Positions 1 to 11,301 of a stretch of 15,646 nt of DNA are shown in pieces. Source of the stretch: Tubulanus polymorphus (lineage: Eukaryota; Animalia; Nemertea); contig NW_027437494.1 of NCBI RefSeq assembly GCF_964204645.1, forward strand, positions 1 through 15,646, read 5' to 3'. Under the pieces are notes generated by a model. It saw only the letters and a list, made by a program, of their open reading frames with translations, had not been told where the DNA came from and ran no database searches. The translations under genes were made by a program, and so were the position numbers. Position 1 is the stretch's first letter. Every line of letters starts with the position of its first letter.

Positions 1-1189
1 ACTAACACCCGTCTTTCAACCAATCTGCGCGATACCAATTAATTAAATCATTAAACGCATTGGGTTCCTAATATTTGAAATCATGTGATACAATAGTTGT
101 TCTTTAGACTTGGCCACTTTCATTTCAGAAAACCGCGTACTAGACCAGTGGTCACCGAGGCATTAACCATTCCTTCAAGTTTTGAAAATTCGATGGTAAC
201 GCGGATTCTTCGCCTCTAAAAACTGTTTCGTTAATAGTTTTCTTTATATTAAAAGTGTTCATAGGAATTGAAATTTGGAGCGATATCAGTCACAGCTGTA
301 ACCCTTTTTCATTGTCAGTTCTTTTTTGGAATTCAAGTAGATTAGTGAAAATATCAATGATGAAGTTCACTTATTATATCAAGTACCGTTTTTACTGTTG
401 CATGCGAGTCGAAACAAAAAGATCTATCCAACTACATATGTTCGGGTATAACCTGTGATATCCTTCAGTATGTTATGAATATCTTTAAAAATTTGTGTTC
501 TAGTATAATACCCGAAGGTTTAACTATCGGACACATAAAAGATTCGCCATAATCAAAGTTTTTAAGAAAATCTTTCTTCGAGAAAGAAAGATCTTTAAAA
601 GAACGATTGGCGAATTGACTAATCCATAGTGGACTGTTGTGAATTTATTGAATAATCCACCTGAGAAATTTTTAGATTTCGAAGCGAAATTTATTCATAT
701 AAATCAAAAATGCATAAATAACTTGACGTTATTTGCGGGTCTCATGAAACACTTTCGTGCGCTCTTTTTAAATCTAAAATAGCATAAATACATGCGTGTT
801 TCGTTATAAACAAGGTTTAATTCCAAACGCACATGAAATATGGAGCCTGTATCTCACACGATATACACATCTTGAATTTTCTCTAACTACGTAGGCCCTT
901 TCCAAATGGGAATTGTTCAGTTTTTTAACGGCCGACATTCAGAGGCACCTAAAAAACCGGTTCTATAGCACTTGAGATTTTCAGTGTAGGGCACATCTCA
1001 CATCGACTCGGCTCGCGGTCGGTGGTTTAATGGGAACACATCTGGTTGTTACTAGTTTAACAGTTGACGAATTCAGAAAACTTTTTTCAAATGTCTTTGA
1101 TAACTTTTTAAACATAGTATTAATGTTAAATATGTGATATAAATGTTCAATTAAAAAGTAGAAACCGAATCCATACTTCAGTCTGATAT

Positions 1190-1320
1190 TGTTATAACAT
1201 CAAACACTCAAATTTAATCCTTTGTTAGATTGGTAGCCAGTGTAGATGAGCAAGAATAGTGGTCCCTAATTTTAATGTGGACTGTTCAACAAGTTGGAGT
1301 TTGTGTAGAGATGAATGAGT
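1190..1320 (-). mobile_element. Decayed L2/CR1-group LINE ORF2 fragment (post-RT region)
   Basis: Minus-strand translation SSLHKLQLVEQSTLKLGTTILAHLHWLPI*QRIKFECLML resembles the conserved L2-type motifs LxKLQLVQNxAAR and LxxLHWLPIxxRIxFK. LHWLPI is at 1245-1228. Confidence 0.65.
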
Positions 1321-4221
1321 TTAAAATGGAGTGGAATTTAGATAATACTGCTTGAATGTCTATTACTCAATCTTTTTATTGATCATAAAAAAATTGTGGT
1401 AAAATATTTGACTCTAGGGTTGGTTTTAGATTGTATCTCTCCACGCCAGAGGTAATCACGGATATTGGACTACACAAAATTCCTTGTGTACAGCTCAACT
1501 TTTTAAATCCCTGGAAAAGCTCGCCACGAATATATCTTAGTAATGATTAATTTTCCCACAAATTCTCCCCTTCGAAAAACCTAAACAACCAATGTGCGCT
1601 TGCTCTAAGTTTGCCAATGCACTATCGTTACCTTTTCTAGCTATTTGCAATAGCTGTTTGTCGCAAATAGATTGCATCCTCTATTACAGGAGTAAAGGAT
1701 ACAGCTCTGGGACCCTTTTCTCAAAAGATAGTTTAAATTAACCATCATCCAATATGATACATGACTAAATACACTGAAAAAGATCAACTATGTACACATT
1801 TCAAATTTCAAACCATGTTTTATCATTAGAAAATTACGACACAACGTTCGATCTCTCACTAGAGATAATCTTTTTGAATTTGTACACTGAGTTTTCGTAT
1901 CGTATTATCGTATTTTCAATTCTCTGCTTTTGAGTCAACAAGTACAAAGTTATTTTAGCAATAAAAATTTAATTGTCAATATAAATGTTAACTATCCACT
2001 GGTAAACTTACTAACTTTTGGCAACTGACCTTAGATCGTGGAATGGTCTCAGGTGGCCTGCTGATCCCCTCTTTATTTATACTACTGAAGAAATATACAG
2101 TATAAGACGTAAAAAGTATATGAACATATTATTTATCTTTATATCGCGATAATTCGTGTACGTATGATTGAAAAACGATATTCTATCGAATCTCATGGTA
2201 CTTATGATTATTGTGTATTAGCAACCCTCCACGGATACGAAGCAGCCTAAGTTTACATCCTACCAAAATTATCCTCGGAACTCTCAGCATTATTTCAAGG
2301 GTCGGTCTTAGAAAATATACGAAGGACGTGTTCACAGGTTAACGAGGCCAAAAATCTTCCCCAAAATTTCAAATTTTTACAAGCAAAGATAATATACTTC
2401 ATGCTTTTGGTGCAGAAAAAAATACATGTCCACAAAATGCAAATTGTGTTTTCAAAGTAAACGATTGAGTGTGGAATTGTTTCGAATTCAAGGTTTTCCC
2501 ATTAACACTCCGGTTTTTTCAATAAGATAAGTCAAACTATTGTTGTGATGGCCAGTTGAATACTTCATCATTATATTGAAAGATATGTTATACTTAATGC
2601 ATATTTCCTTAGGCCTTACAGCTTTCTCTATTGGTTAGCGTTGTGATCACTCAAAATTAACCATAAGTTTGAATTCTCACTGATCTACTACATCTCTATA
2701 ACAAAAATATATTTCATATCAGGCAATTAGCTTTGATCTGTGGTCAGTGGACAGCAGCTACGAAACATTTAAAACTACTACATTATCATTCCATCTATTC
2801 ATGTATATATAATATGATATGATATCTTCTTTGTTCAGTTTAAAAGTCTTGATCGTAAAAGTTTGACAAGTCTTACATATCACATCACTTTGGCTAGAGT
2901 TGAATGATCGATAAATCCATAACAAAATCACAACTAAAACAAAATTCAAATTTGAAGTCAGATCGCTATGGGGTCCTGAAAGAAGCAGCCATATCATAGA
3001 AAACCATTGTCATTATCGAATGTGGGCTATATATTCTGTAGTATAAGTGTGTGTCGGTGTAATGATTAGGCCCGGATCAGGTTACTGACTAGGAAAACCC
3101 ACATTGAAAAATTAAGAACCTTGTTCGACTATGATTTCTTTTATTAATATTTCATGAAATAAGTTGAGTGATAATATAGACCTTTGAAGAGTAAGACTTT
3201 TTACACTAATTGCAATGATTAAGATTTTACATAAGGCTTTATCCATGTTTGAAGGATTGTTCAATAACAGTTACATAGGCTAGATAGAGGAAATTTAAAT
3301 ATTCAGGCCCAGCTAGTAAGCCTGTCTTTAAGCAATTGGATTGATTAAGATAGGATCCATTGCGCGTTGATAAAGAATCAATAGATATTGCGGCATTCTA
3401 AATTAGATTATTTAAAAACCGCAAGTTTAGGCGTTCAATTGGTCCTAACATTCATTAGAAACATCAGATCAAAATGATACAGCGTTTCGATACTCGTCAT
3501 AAAGTACATTGGCTGCATCAATTTGGTGAATTTTATATGGCAAGCACAATTTTTCTAAATTTTTAAATGTTAAAGGAAAGTTTAAGGTGCTGGACCAATA
3601 GTTATCTACACATTTGTTTGGGTCAAAAATATGCCTCCACAAGGTGAATGATATGGTAAAAATTAAGAACATTCCAAATCAAGACACATGACAGTCATTT
3701 TTGGGGGAAGATGTAGACTTTTCCCACCATAATTCGAGGATTTAATTCCCAAACTTTCATTTTTCATTGCACCTGCATGACCTATAGTCAAGTAGTTTTC
3801 ACAGCTAGAATCACCAGCCACAGACGGTTTGTTCAAAAAACCCAGGTTGGTTTATAATATAATCTATGAAATTTGATATGTAATTTGCTTGCTTATTCTT
3901 GATATAAATGAACTACCCTGATATTTGGTTCGGTACAGAGGCACGCAAAGTAGGTTCATGGCTGGAGGAAAGTAACCTTCATGTCAATGAGATTCACGAC
4001 AAACATTTTCAGCAGTTTGCAGTTCTGAGGGAATTTTTGCAAACCGTAGGATCAAAAGTCTGGATATTTATCGGTCAACATGGTAAATAGGCTGAAAATT
4101 AAATAGTTCATATTCAAGACAGCGATGACTGACACCATTTTTGTGAGTGAATAAATGCAGGCTTATTTCGCGTTTGAAGTTTTAGTGGTTTACCACATTG
4201 CATCTTAAAACTTTATACATA

Positions 4222-4319
4222 TAGTAAAGTCCGCTGCACAAGGCACCGAAAAAAAGTTTTTTCCTCGTGAAAAACGTTTTCGATGTGTCTTGTTATGCCG
4301 TGTGCAGCGGACTTAACTA
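4222..4319. mobile_element. 98-bp inverted-repeat mini-element (probable internally deleted Tc1/pogo MITE)
   Basis: Arms 4222-4245 (TAGTAAAGTCCGCTGCACAAGGCA) and 4296-4319 (reverse complement TAGTTAAGTCCGCTGCACACGGCA) match at 22/24. 50-bp spacer; TA at both outer ends. Confidence 0.7.
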
Positions 4320-5158
4320 ATCTTGTTTTATATTTTAATAACTTAACGTACCGGGTGTTTTTTGTCATTTATATAAAAAAGCGTGTTCATGATTATGGAT
4401 AGTTGGGTTTGTCAAAATAAATTTAAAAAGATAAGTTCTAGTTATTTGTGGTTAAAAGTTGGTTTGATTTCAAGATATGTTACGGCTTTTGAAAAAGTTA
4501 AGCAGTCTGAATTCCAATGTTGAATAAATTGGTCGGTTAGTCGTAGTTTAATAGATTCTTAAACATATTGAATATTCGGATATTTTGGTGTGCCCCAACA
4601 TCGACCATTCCACATTCTTCCAGTATACCTTTTATACAAGCTAATCATTTAAGATTGAAAACTTTTGAAATACTGAAGTCTATGGTATATCTTGCTAGAT
4701 AAATTTTCCCATTTTCAAAAACAAGGTTAGTTCACAGATTTTACGGTTTTTTTATACACATATATTTAACTCTCCATATATCATGTATTTGGTGTCGCAT
4801 TATTAAGACGTATATACTTTCAAAACTTAGGTGAACCATTCTAAGATTTTCAGGTTTTCATATCCCCATATTTCACACGAATACAAAAGGATCGGTTTAA
4901 CCATAGAACCACACAGAAACTTGCTCACTCGAGTAAAAGACTAGCTCAAGGAAACATTTTTAGGACCTTGTTTTGGACGTTTTCGTTATTTCTGTGGGAT
5001 TCGCTTTAAATTATGCATGGCTTCATCCCTGTAGCATGTGAATTAAGTTCCAGAGTAAATTTCCAGACGGCAGATGAAGGCAATGACATAAGTTAGGGGA
5101 CCCTAAATACTGAAACAAAAAATCCAATCAAAACGTCTACTAAGTTTATTCTATAATA

Positions 5159-5339
5159 CAGTGGAACTTCGTAACAGCGAGGTTCATGGGACCAGAAAAT
5201 ATGTTCGTTATTACCGATAGTTCGTTTCGTTATATCCAGTATGAAATTAATAGTTATCTTTCTTACTTGGGACAAAATTCTATATTTGTTATATCCGATG
5301 AGTCGTTGTTTTCGAGTTTGCTATAACGAGGTTCCACTG
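5159..5339. mobile_element. 181-bp Tc1/mariner (pogo/Tigger-like) MITE
   Basis: TA TSD at 5157-5158 and 5340-5341. TIRs CAGTGGAACTTCGTAACAGCGA versus CAGTGGAACCTCGTTATAGCAA (18/22). Internal repeated TTCGTTAT-like motifs are typical of Tigger-derived MITEs. Confidence 0.88.
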
Positions 5340-5740
5340 TAATGCACGAATAACTGACGAGGTAAACTTAGCAAAAGAGTTCAATATAAGTTCCACAAAG
5401 CTAAACAGTTCAAATATCAAAACGATACAATTTATTATAAAAAAAACAGAATTATCGGTTTTCCACTTAAAGCATTATTAAGGAATGAAAACTAATACAG
5501 CGTATCAAAAACATATATAAAAAAAACGCTAATTAATACAATCTTCGATTATCTTCTGTACAATATTTCTCTCATGCACATCGGTTTTCGAGAATTAATT
5601 GATGAAATCGTATACCAGTAGCTACAGCTTGTTGGACGTCATTAGTCTGAACAGGAGGCATGGAAGAAGGCATGTGAGACCATCTATCTTGGTTTAGTAA
5701 TGCAAGATAAAAATTAATATTGCATTAATATATAGCATAC

Positions 5741-5884
5741 TGACCCACTACCTGACTCAGCTAAATAACTGCAAGTATTCAAAATAATATTGAAAGAGTT
5801 TTTTGATACTTTGGATGTTCGTAGTAATCGAGAATGGGTGCGCAGCGGTAAATCAAGTATTCGTCTAATGGCCGTCCTCCATGC
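5741..5884 (-). mobile_element. Fragment of non-LTR retrotransposon ORF2 C-terminal region (RTE-X/Proto2-like)
   Basis: AWRTAIRRILDLPLRTHSRLL (5884-5822) resembles the WRxAxRRIxxLPxRTHxxLL motif found downstream of RT in invertebrate non-LTR elements. The clade assignment is from memory of the motif, not a search. Confidence 0.5.
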
Positions 5885-6170
5885 CTTAAAAATGTGTCAT
5901 ACATACATACAAGTAGACATCAGTCCATTGGTAATACATTTATGAATCCCTATAAGTAATCTGTTTAAACTACTAATAATATATATATGTACATGTACAT
6001 GAATTTAGGCCACAGGAGGACCATCTCAGGTCAGTCCAATTCTGATGAGCCCTTGAGCGATACAAATGTAATAAAAAATATCAAGATAATTGATTAAAGC
6101 GTTTTCAAAATCTCCCTTCAAAACTTCAAAAGTGTGTAAGTGCTAAGTTCAGCAATGCCATATTCCCTAT

Positions 6171-6259
6171 ACGGACGGATGGATGAATGCGAAGATAGAC
6201 AACGGATGAACAGTGAGCACAATAATCTGGTGGGACTTAAGTCTCAAGTGGGCTAAAAA
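6171..6259 (+). mobile_element. 3' end of a Helentron/HINE (DINE-1-like) non-autonomous element
   Basis: Degenerate (GACG/GATG)n microsatellite (ACGGACGGATGGATGAATG...ACGGATGAACAG), then an imperfect palindrome TGGGACTTAAGTCTCA (6231-6246) and AGTGGGCTAAAAA. This is the usual microsatellite/stem-loop/A-run layout. The other end was not located. Confidence 0.5.
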
Positions 6260-6400
6260 GGAAATATCCTGATGCGGACGTAATTTCTATCGACAAAATA
6301 TTACAACCATTCACAGAGGCTCTTCGACTTTGACATTCCGTCAACGATATTGGATAACACTTAACGACGTATGTCAGCAGAATTGCTGAGAATCTACAAA

Positions 6401-7644
6401 TCAACTTTTAAGTGGCCTTATATTGTAATTTTCAATCTTAAAATTTGCCAATCTGTTGTACCGCTCAGCTGTATTTTTTCCTAACGTCGCAGCACAGACT
6501 TCATGAGCTTGGTTATCACTGATACCAAAATATCTTGCCACCAGGGATCTAATTATGCGTATCCTTATTCTTGCACGTACTGATGAAGAACTGAAAGATG
6601 AGAGAAATCAAATAAGAAAAAACTTCATATCTATCTATCCATATATGTATAAATTGGAATCCTAGATCTGTACCTAACAAACACATTTGAGTGAAGACAA
6701 AAATTTAAATACATTGAACTGGTATACCAGTCATACAGGGATTCAGGAATTGAAATTTTAATACAATCATTTACAAATGCAATGAAATACCTACCTTAAT
6801 CTCTTTTGAAGAATTTTGGATACTAAATGAATTGGTGCCATGAATGGAACTTCCATTTGTGAGTAAGAATACACCATTCTGAAAATGATAGTTTAACGGC
6901 TTTAAAGCAAATATTTGTACTGTTGACCCAACTGTATTTTGAAGGTTAAATTATTGGAGGGTTGTACAAACAAACCGTGAGATATAATGTTTTATTCAAT
7001 GATGTTTTAATATTTGAACTTGAATACCGAGTGCAACATGCTCTTTCAGTAGTACGAAACATTGCTTTACCAAAATAATCTGTGAGAGTGTTCAAATATT
7101 TATGTGATTTGAGTAAACTTACATTGGATGTACTGTAAATTTTACAAAAAGTGACTCAGCAATCAGTTGAACGACACAGCTGACATTATTTTCGACAACA
7201 CCAGCACCATACGCATTATCAGACAAAATATTTTCCTCCTGCAAGCTGAATGCATAAAGCAATTATCTTTATCGTTAAACAATTGCAAATAACAAGAGAA
7301 ACTAAAATTATGGCACAAATGGGATGTCATAATGATATGAATTTCTCTAGAGTCCATCAGATGATGATTACATGAACTTGGCACCTCCATTTTCTGCCTT
7401 AAGCTTTAGATCAGAAATTCATAGAAATTATGGATGTTGATTATTAATTCATCCATAATATGGGTCGCTACTATGGTCAAGATTCAGATCTGTATTAAAT
7501 CCCTAGATGTACATGAGCTGATGCTTTTTTTCAAAAATTAGCCAAATCGATCAAATTTTCAGAATCTCCTGTCATGAAACTTTGTTCTTACATGCTTGGT
7601 AGACTGAATATCTTCTCAATATCATATCTGAGCTCAAGGAGAAC
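6401..7644 (-). CDS. Putative C-terminal exons of unknown function (7644-7592, 7179-7123, 6878-6795, 6590-6401)
   Basis: Open, phase-compatible exons with donors GTAAGA, GTAAGT and GTAGGT. Translation includes MVYSYSQMEVPFMAPIHLVSKILQKRLSSSSVRARIRIRIIRSLVARYFGISDNQAHEVCAATLGK. No recognisable family, so support is splice signals and phase only. Confidence 0.45.
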
Positions 7645-7899
7645 CTGAAAGTATAATAGAGAGTTGGAGTGGTGTACATTTGAAAGTCCTATAGACATAT
7701 TAACGGGACACCATGCCACTGCTCAATGGGATCAAAATCTATGAAAGACTGCAGCAACACCGTCTGCTGACTAGTTGAAACCGATATGTTTAATGATCTT
7801 AACTAATATTCAATAATAGAAAGTAGGAATAGAAGATCTATGCTATACTGAAGTTGGCTATAGATTAGCCATCTGAGGGCTCAAGACATATATACTCAC

Positions 7900-8182
7900 T
7901 TTCCCATTGCTGCGATACAAATATGACAAAGGAATCATTCTTGAATCGTCTACATCGTTTTCATCATCAATGAGTTTATTCAGCTTTTGCGAACAAATCA
8001 TACATACAATGCTATCAGACATTCTAAATTTAATGAATAAATACATAACATGTAAGCATCAAAGAAACTGAATTTACAAAATGTAATGTTAACCATGAAC
8101 TTAAGATTAATAACCTCGAGCTACTTTTGGAAAAACAGATAATACACGCAGAAGTAATGGACAATCTGACCTCTTCCTTGAC
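7900..8182 (-). CDS. Putative C4 zinc finger (exons 8182-8115 and 8023-7900)
   Basis: VKEEVRLSITSACIICFSKSSSR|MSDSIVCMICSQKLNKLIDDENDVDDSRMIPLSYLYRSNGK has two CxxC pairs brought together by a phase-2 splice. Donor GTGAGT at 7899. Confidence 0.6.
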
Positions 8183-8315
8183 CTAGAAGAAACAAAAGCA
8201 AAGAGACCAAATTAGACATTTCTGTAGAATAACTACTGGCAGGATCAATTTGACAATTATAGGTTGATGCTATAAATGATGGACAGTTTGTAGTAGTACG
8301 TATATATGATTTTAC

Positions 8316-9312
8316 CTGATTATAAGCACTGAGCTTTGTTTCGACGATATGTATGGGACATGTGTATGTTCTAATCAAATGACAATCTTTTTCTTCCAGA
8401 CCGACACATCCAGGATGAATGAGCCATTTACAACTTACATTCAAACATTCCATAACATGATAGTTGCTATAAAATAAGAAGAGAGTTAGTTTTTGAATCT
8501 ATGGAGTGAATAGTTTTCAATTAAGAATTATTGATATCTTCAATGTATCATATTCAGTAACGGTATACTGGTTTGAATTTCATACAATAATGAAGGCAAA
8601 AAGAAATTATAAAATTAAATCCTTTGATTCAGAGTTTAAGTGGTTTTGTTTCAGGTAAAAAAGAAATAACATATCTTGCAATGTAATATAATGCAGTTAC
8701 TTTTTTTTGTATTGGTCTTGACTGGAAGTACAACCATAATAAGTCACATATAAGCTATGTGGGGGGGGGGAGATTGTAAGGTGAAGCACATGTGAGAATG
8801 AATAAAGGGCTAATATGCGCCATGAGTGGTGAAGACCTCTGCAGATCCAAACACAACATTCTTCAAGGGTCGTTCATTCACATAGACATGTAGATAAAAT
8901 GATATCATTAGGGTGTTTTTAATATACAATTTCAACAATCAAGAACCTTTGACATTTTATACCAACTCCTAGCTTTCTGATGCATAATTTCAGTGAAATT
9001 TTTGGCTCAGTCATGTAAATGTTGACAATAAAAAGATGTGCTACATCTTGAAGTCAATCAAGATCAAAATTACTGCAAAGATGACAAAACGTTCCAACTT
9101 CACCACAAGAGTCATCATTATTTTTTCGGTAATCATTTTCCCAAAAAGCTAGTTATCCATTGTTACCATTCTTTCATGTTCATGCTGCTGATCACTTACT
9201 CATTTTTCTGTGCATTACAAAAGCACAATAATGGACGTTTGTTGTCTTCATCCGTTAAATTACGCAGTATATCGAAATTTTGCCTTCTTTTCTGGACATT
9301 TGTACGCTTTAA
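8316..9312 (-). CDS. PHD-type zinc finger split across exons 9312-9200 and 8466-8316
   Basis: A phase-2 join gives PLLCFCNAQKND|NYHVMECLNVSCKWLIHPGCVGLEEKDCHLIRTYTCPIH, i.e. C-x-C...C-x4-C-x4-H-x2-C...C-x2-H. Donor GTAAGT at 9199; pyrimidine-rich TAG acceptor at 8467. Confidence 0.8.
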
Positions 9313-11301
9313 CTTCAGACAAATGGGGTTAAATCATTAATAAAGCATACCATACCACTATCAATTTCTATTTTCACAACTCATGCGCATATGGCGCTTT
9401 ATTAGATTTTTCACATACCTGGGAGACCGTTCGATAAGTTCTTCTTCTAAAAGTGGACAAAATTTTCAACAAAAGAAATAAAATAATGTATTGATTTTCA
9501 AAGTCATTGATATAGTGCTGTGTAAGGATAACCTTGTTAGGAGATACTTAGCAATGCTGACCGATTTCCAAGGTCCAGAGTCTAATGATCTAGTTTTCTC
9601 ATTAATGCTATAGCAAAACTCAATCAATGCTAGAATTCGTTTATATTTTCCCTTCAAAGAATTCACCCAAATTACTTAGTGATAAAACTTAATATCATTT
9701 TTTAAGTCAATGTACAACACATCTGGTTTTAGGTATCAATCCTGCATACGTATGTTGAAGCATGAATGTAAACCATCTAGTTTGAAGAGTTTGTTGAGTT
9801 ATTGATTTTCTATAAATTTGATTAAATTTACTACAATTGGTATCCACTGCACAATTAATACTTACTCTTTACAAATTTTTCTTTTTTCAATATGTCCATC
9901 ATCATTGTTCTGTTTCTTATTTTTCACTGGTACTAGGCTAAAAGAAAAATACACAATACACTGGTAAAAAATGAAATGGAAATATATGTGTAAATTAGTT
10001 TCAAAGTTGTTGATACATTTATGGCATGCATCAACTTACGATTCATTCATATTTAACTCATCAAGCTGATACTGCATAAAAAAGAAAGAATCAAACGAAG
10101 ATCATGTTCATATGCAAATCATCTCAAAATACTCCTTTGATAATAATAATAATGATGATTCACATTAATATGTTACAGTGCAAAAAGCATTCAGCAAAAC
10201 TTTGATAGGAACAGCAAAAGTAATATGTCTATAATGACTAAATGTATTAAATTCAATTCCTATTATTAATTTGACACAAGAATGAATGATAAAATTGATT
10301 GTTAAGCGCCATATTTCAAACATTCTTTCATATGGATCTGAAGTGTAGAACACATACACTAATAAAAACAGAAACAATTAAAAACTTTACCTCATTGACG
10401 ATTTGATCAACACAATGTCTGATCTCTTCGGGTACAGTTAAGTCATCCCTAAAATGGTGAAAAATCATCAATTTAACTATCAACTTTAAATGTTCCATGA
10501 TTAGGATAAATAAAGTAAGATATTTTCCTGGCCAAAAACTTACAGCATTTCAAAACTTGTTTCCGATGAATCCGAATCGTGAACCGCAAGGGACTGACAC
10601 TGTAGGCAAATGAAAATGAACCAGGGGTCCAGTGACACCATACCCACTTAGTGAAATGCATTGCAACCTGACAATTTCAATATTCAATGCCCCTGGTAAA
10701 TATGTATAGAAACCAATGTCCGCGAAACTCACCACAAACATAGAATAAGTCATGGGCTACAATTTTACGTTTTCTGATTGTGTTTTACAAAATGTGTAAA
10801 GGTACTAATATTATAGGGAACATTATCAAGTATATTATAGGGATTTGAAATGGTTGCATTAAAAAAATCTTCAAATATAATGCTAATATCTCACATTTAA
10901 TCATCAACATATTTCAAGTTCTATGTACAGGATATTTGTATTTAGTCACAGATCACATCAAAGACTTTTCTGTTTGTCTTATTAACTGGTTAACAAACGT
11001 TTGCTAATTATACACTAGTGTCTCAAACTTATCATAAAATTATTCAATAATAATCTGTAGGTAGCTTTCATAAACACCATTGACTATATTAGTACGTTAT
11101 ATGTTTGTAAAATATAACCAATTACTTACGTTTAACTGTTCTGTATTTTTGTTCATAACATGATTATTTCTAAAAATCACAGATTGATATCAAATACATG
11201 TAATTCTTCTTTAGATGATTGAAAGCGAAAATCACATCGACTGACCAATAAGACATACTATATAAAATATGAATAAGATGGAGAATGCAATGTAAACTTA
11301 C

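Noticed and set aside
130-660. Protein-like minus-strand stretches and plus-strand ORF 255-458
   Set aside because: Several stops and frame changes with no family motif recognised; cannot be supported without a search.
2018-2061. Patchy inverted similarity to about 6008-6040 (ACTGACCT.AG...ATGGTC...GTGGCCT) as TIRs of a 4-kb element
   Set aside because: Short, gapped match with no TSD; more likely chance or two fragments of a dispersed repeat.
3054-3132. tRNA/SINE-like A box (GGTGTAATGATTAG) and B-box-like GTTCGACT
   Set aside because: Poor consensus and spacing; no cloverleaf can be formed.
4329-4345. TA-CCGGGTGTTTTTT, resembling a Tc1/mariner TIR
   Set aside because: No matching inverted partner found in the window, so no element can be delimited.
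1-6400. Terminal inverted repeat of the Ginger-like element
   Set aside because: The opposite end is not evident in the window, so no TIR pair or TSD can be identified; transposon versus domesticated gene remains undecided.
9073-9148. Cys-containing stretch FWENDYRKNNDDSCGEVGTFCHLC in the PHD intron as a second PHD half
   Set aside because: Splicing from 9200 in the required phase gives DFLGK-stop, and the Cys/His spacing does not fit a PHD.
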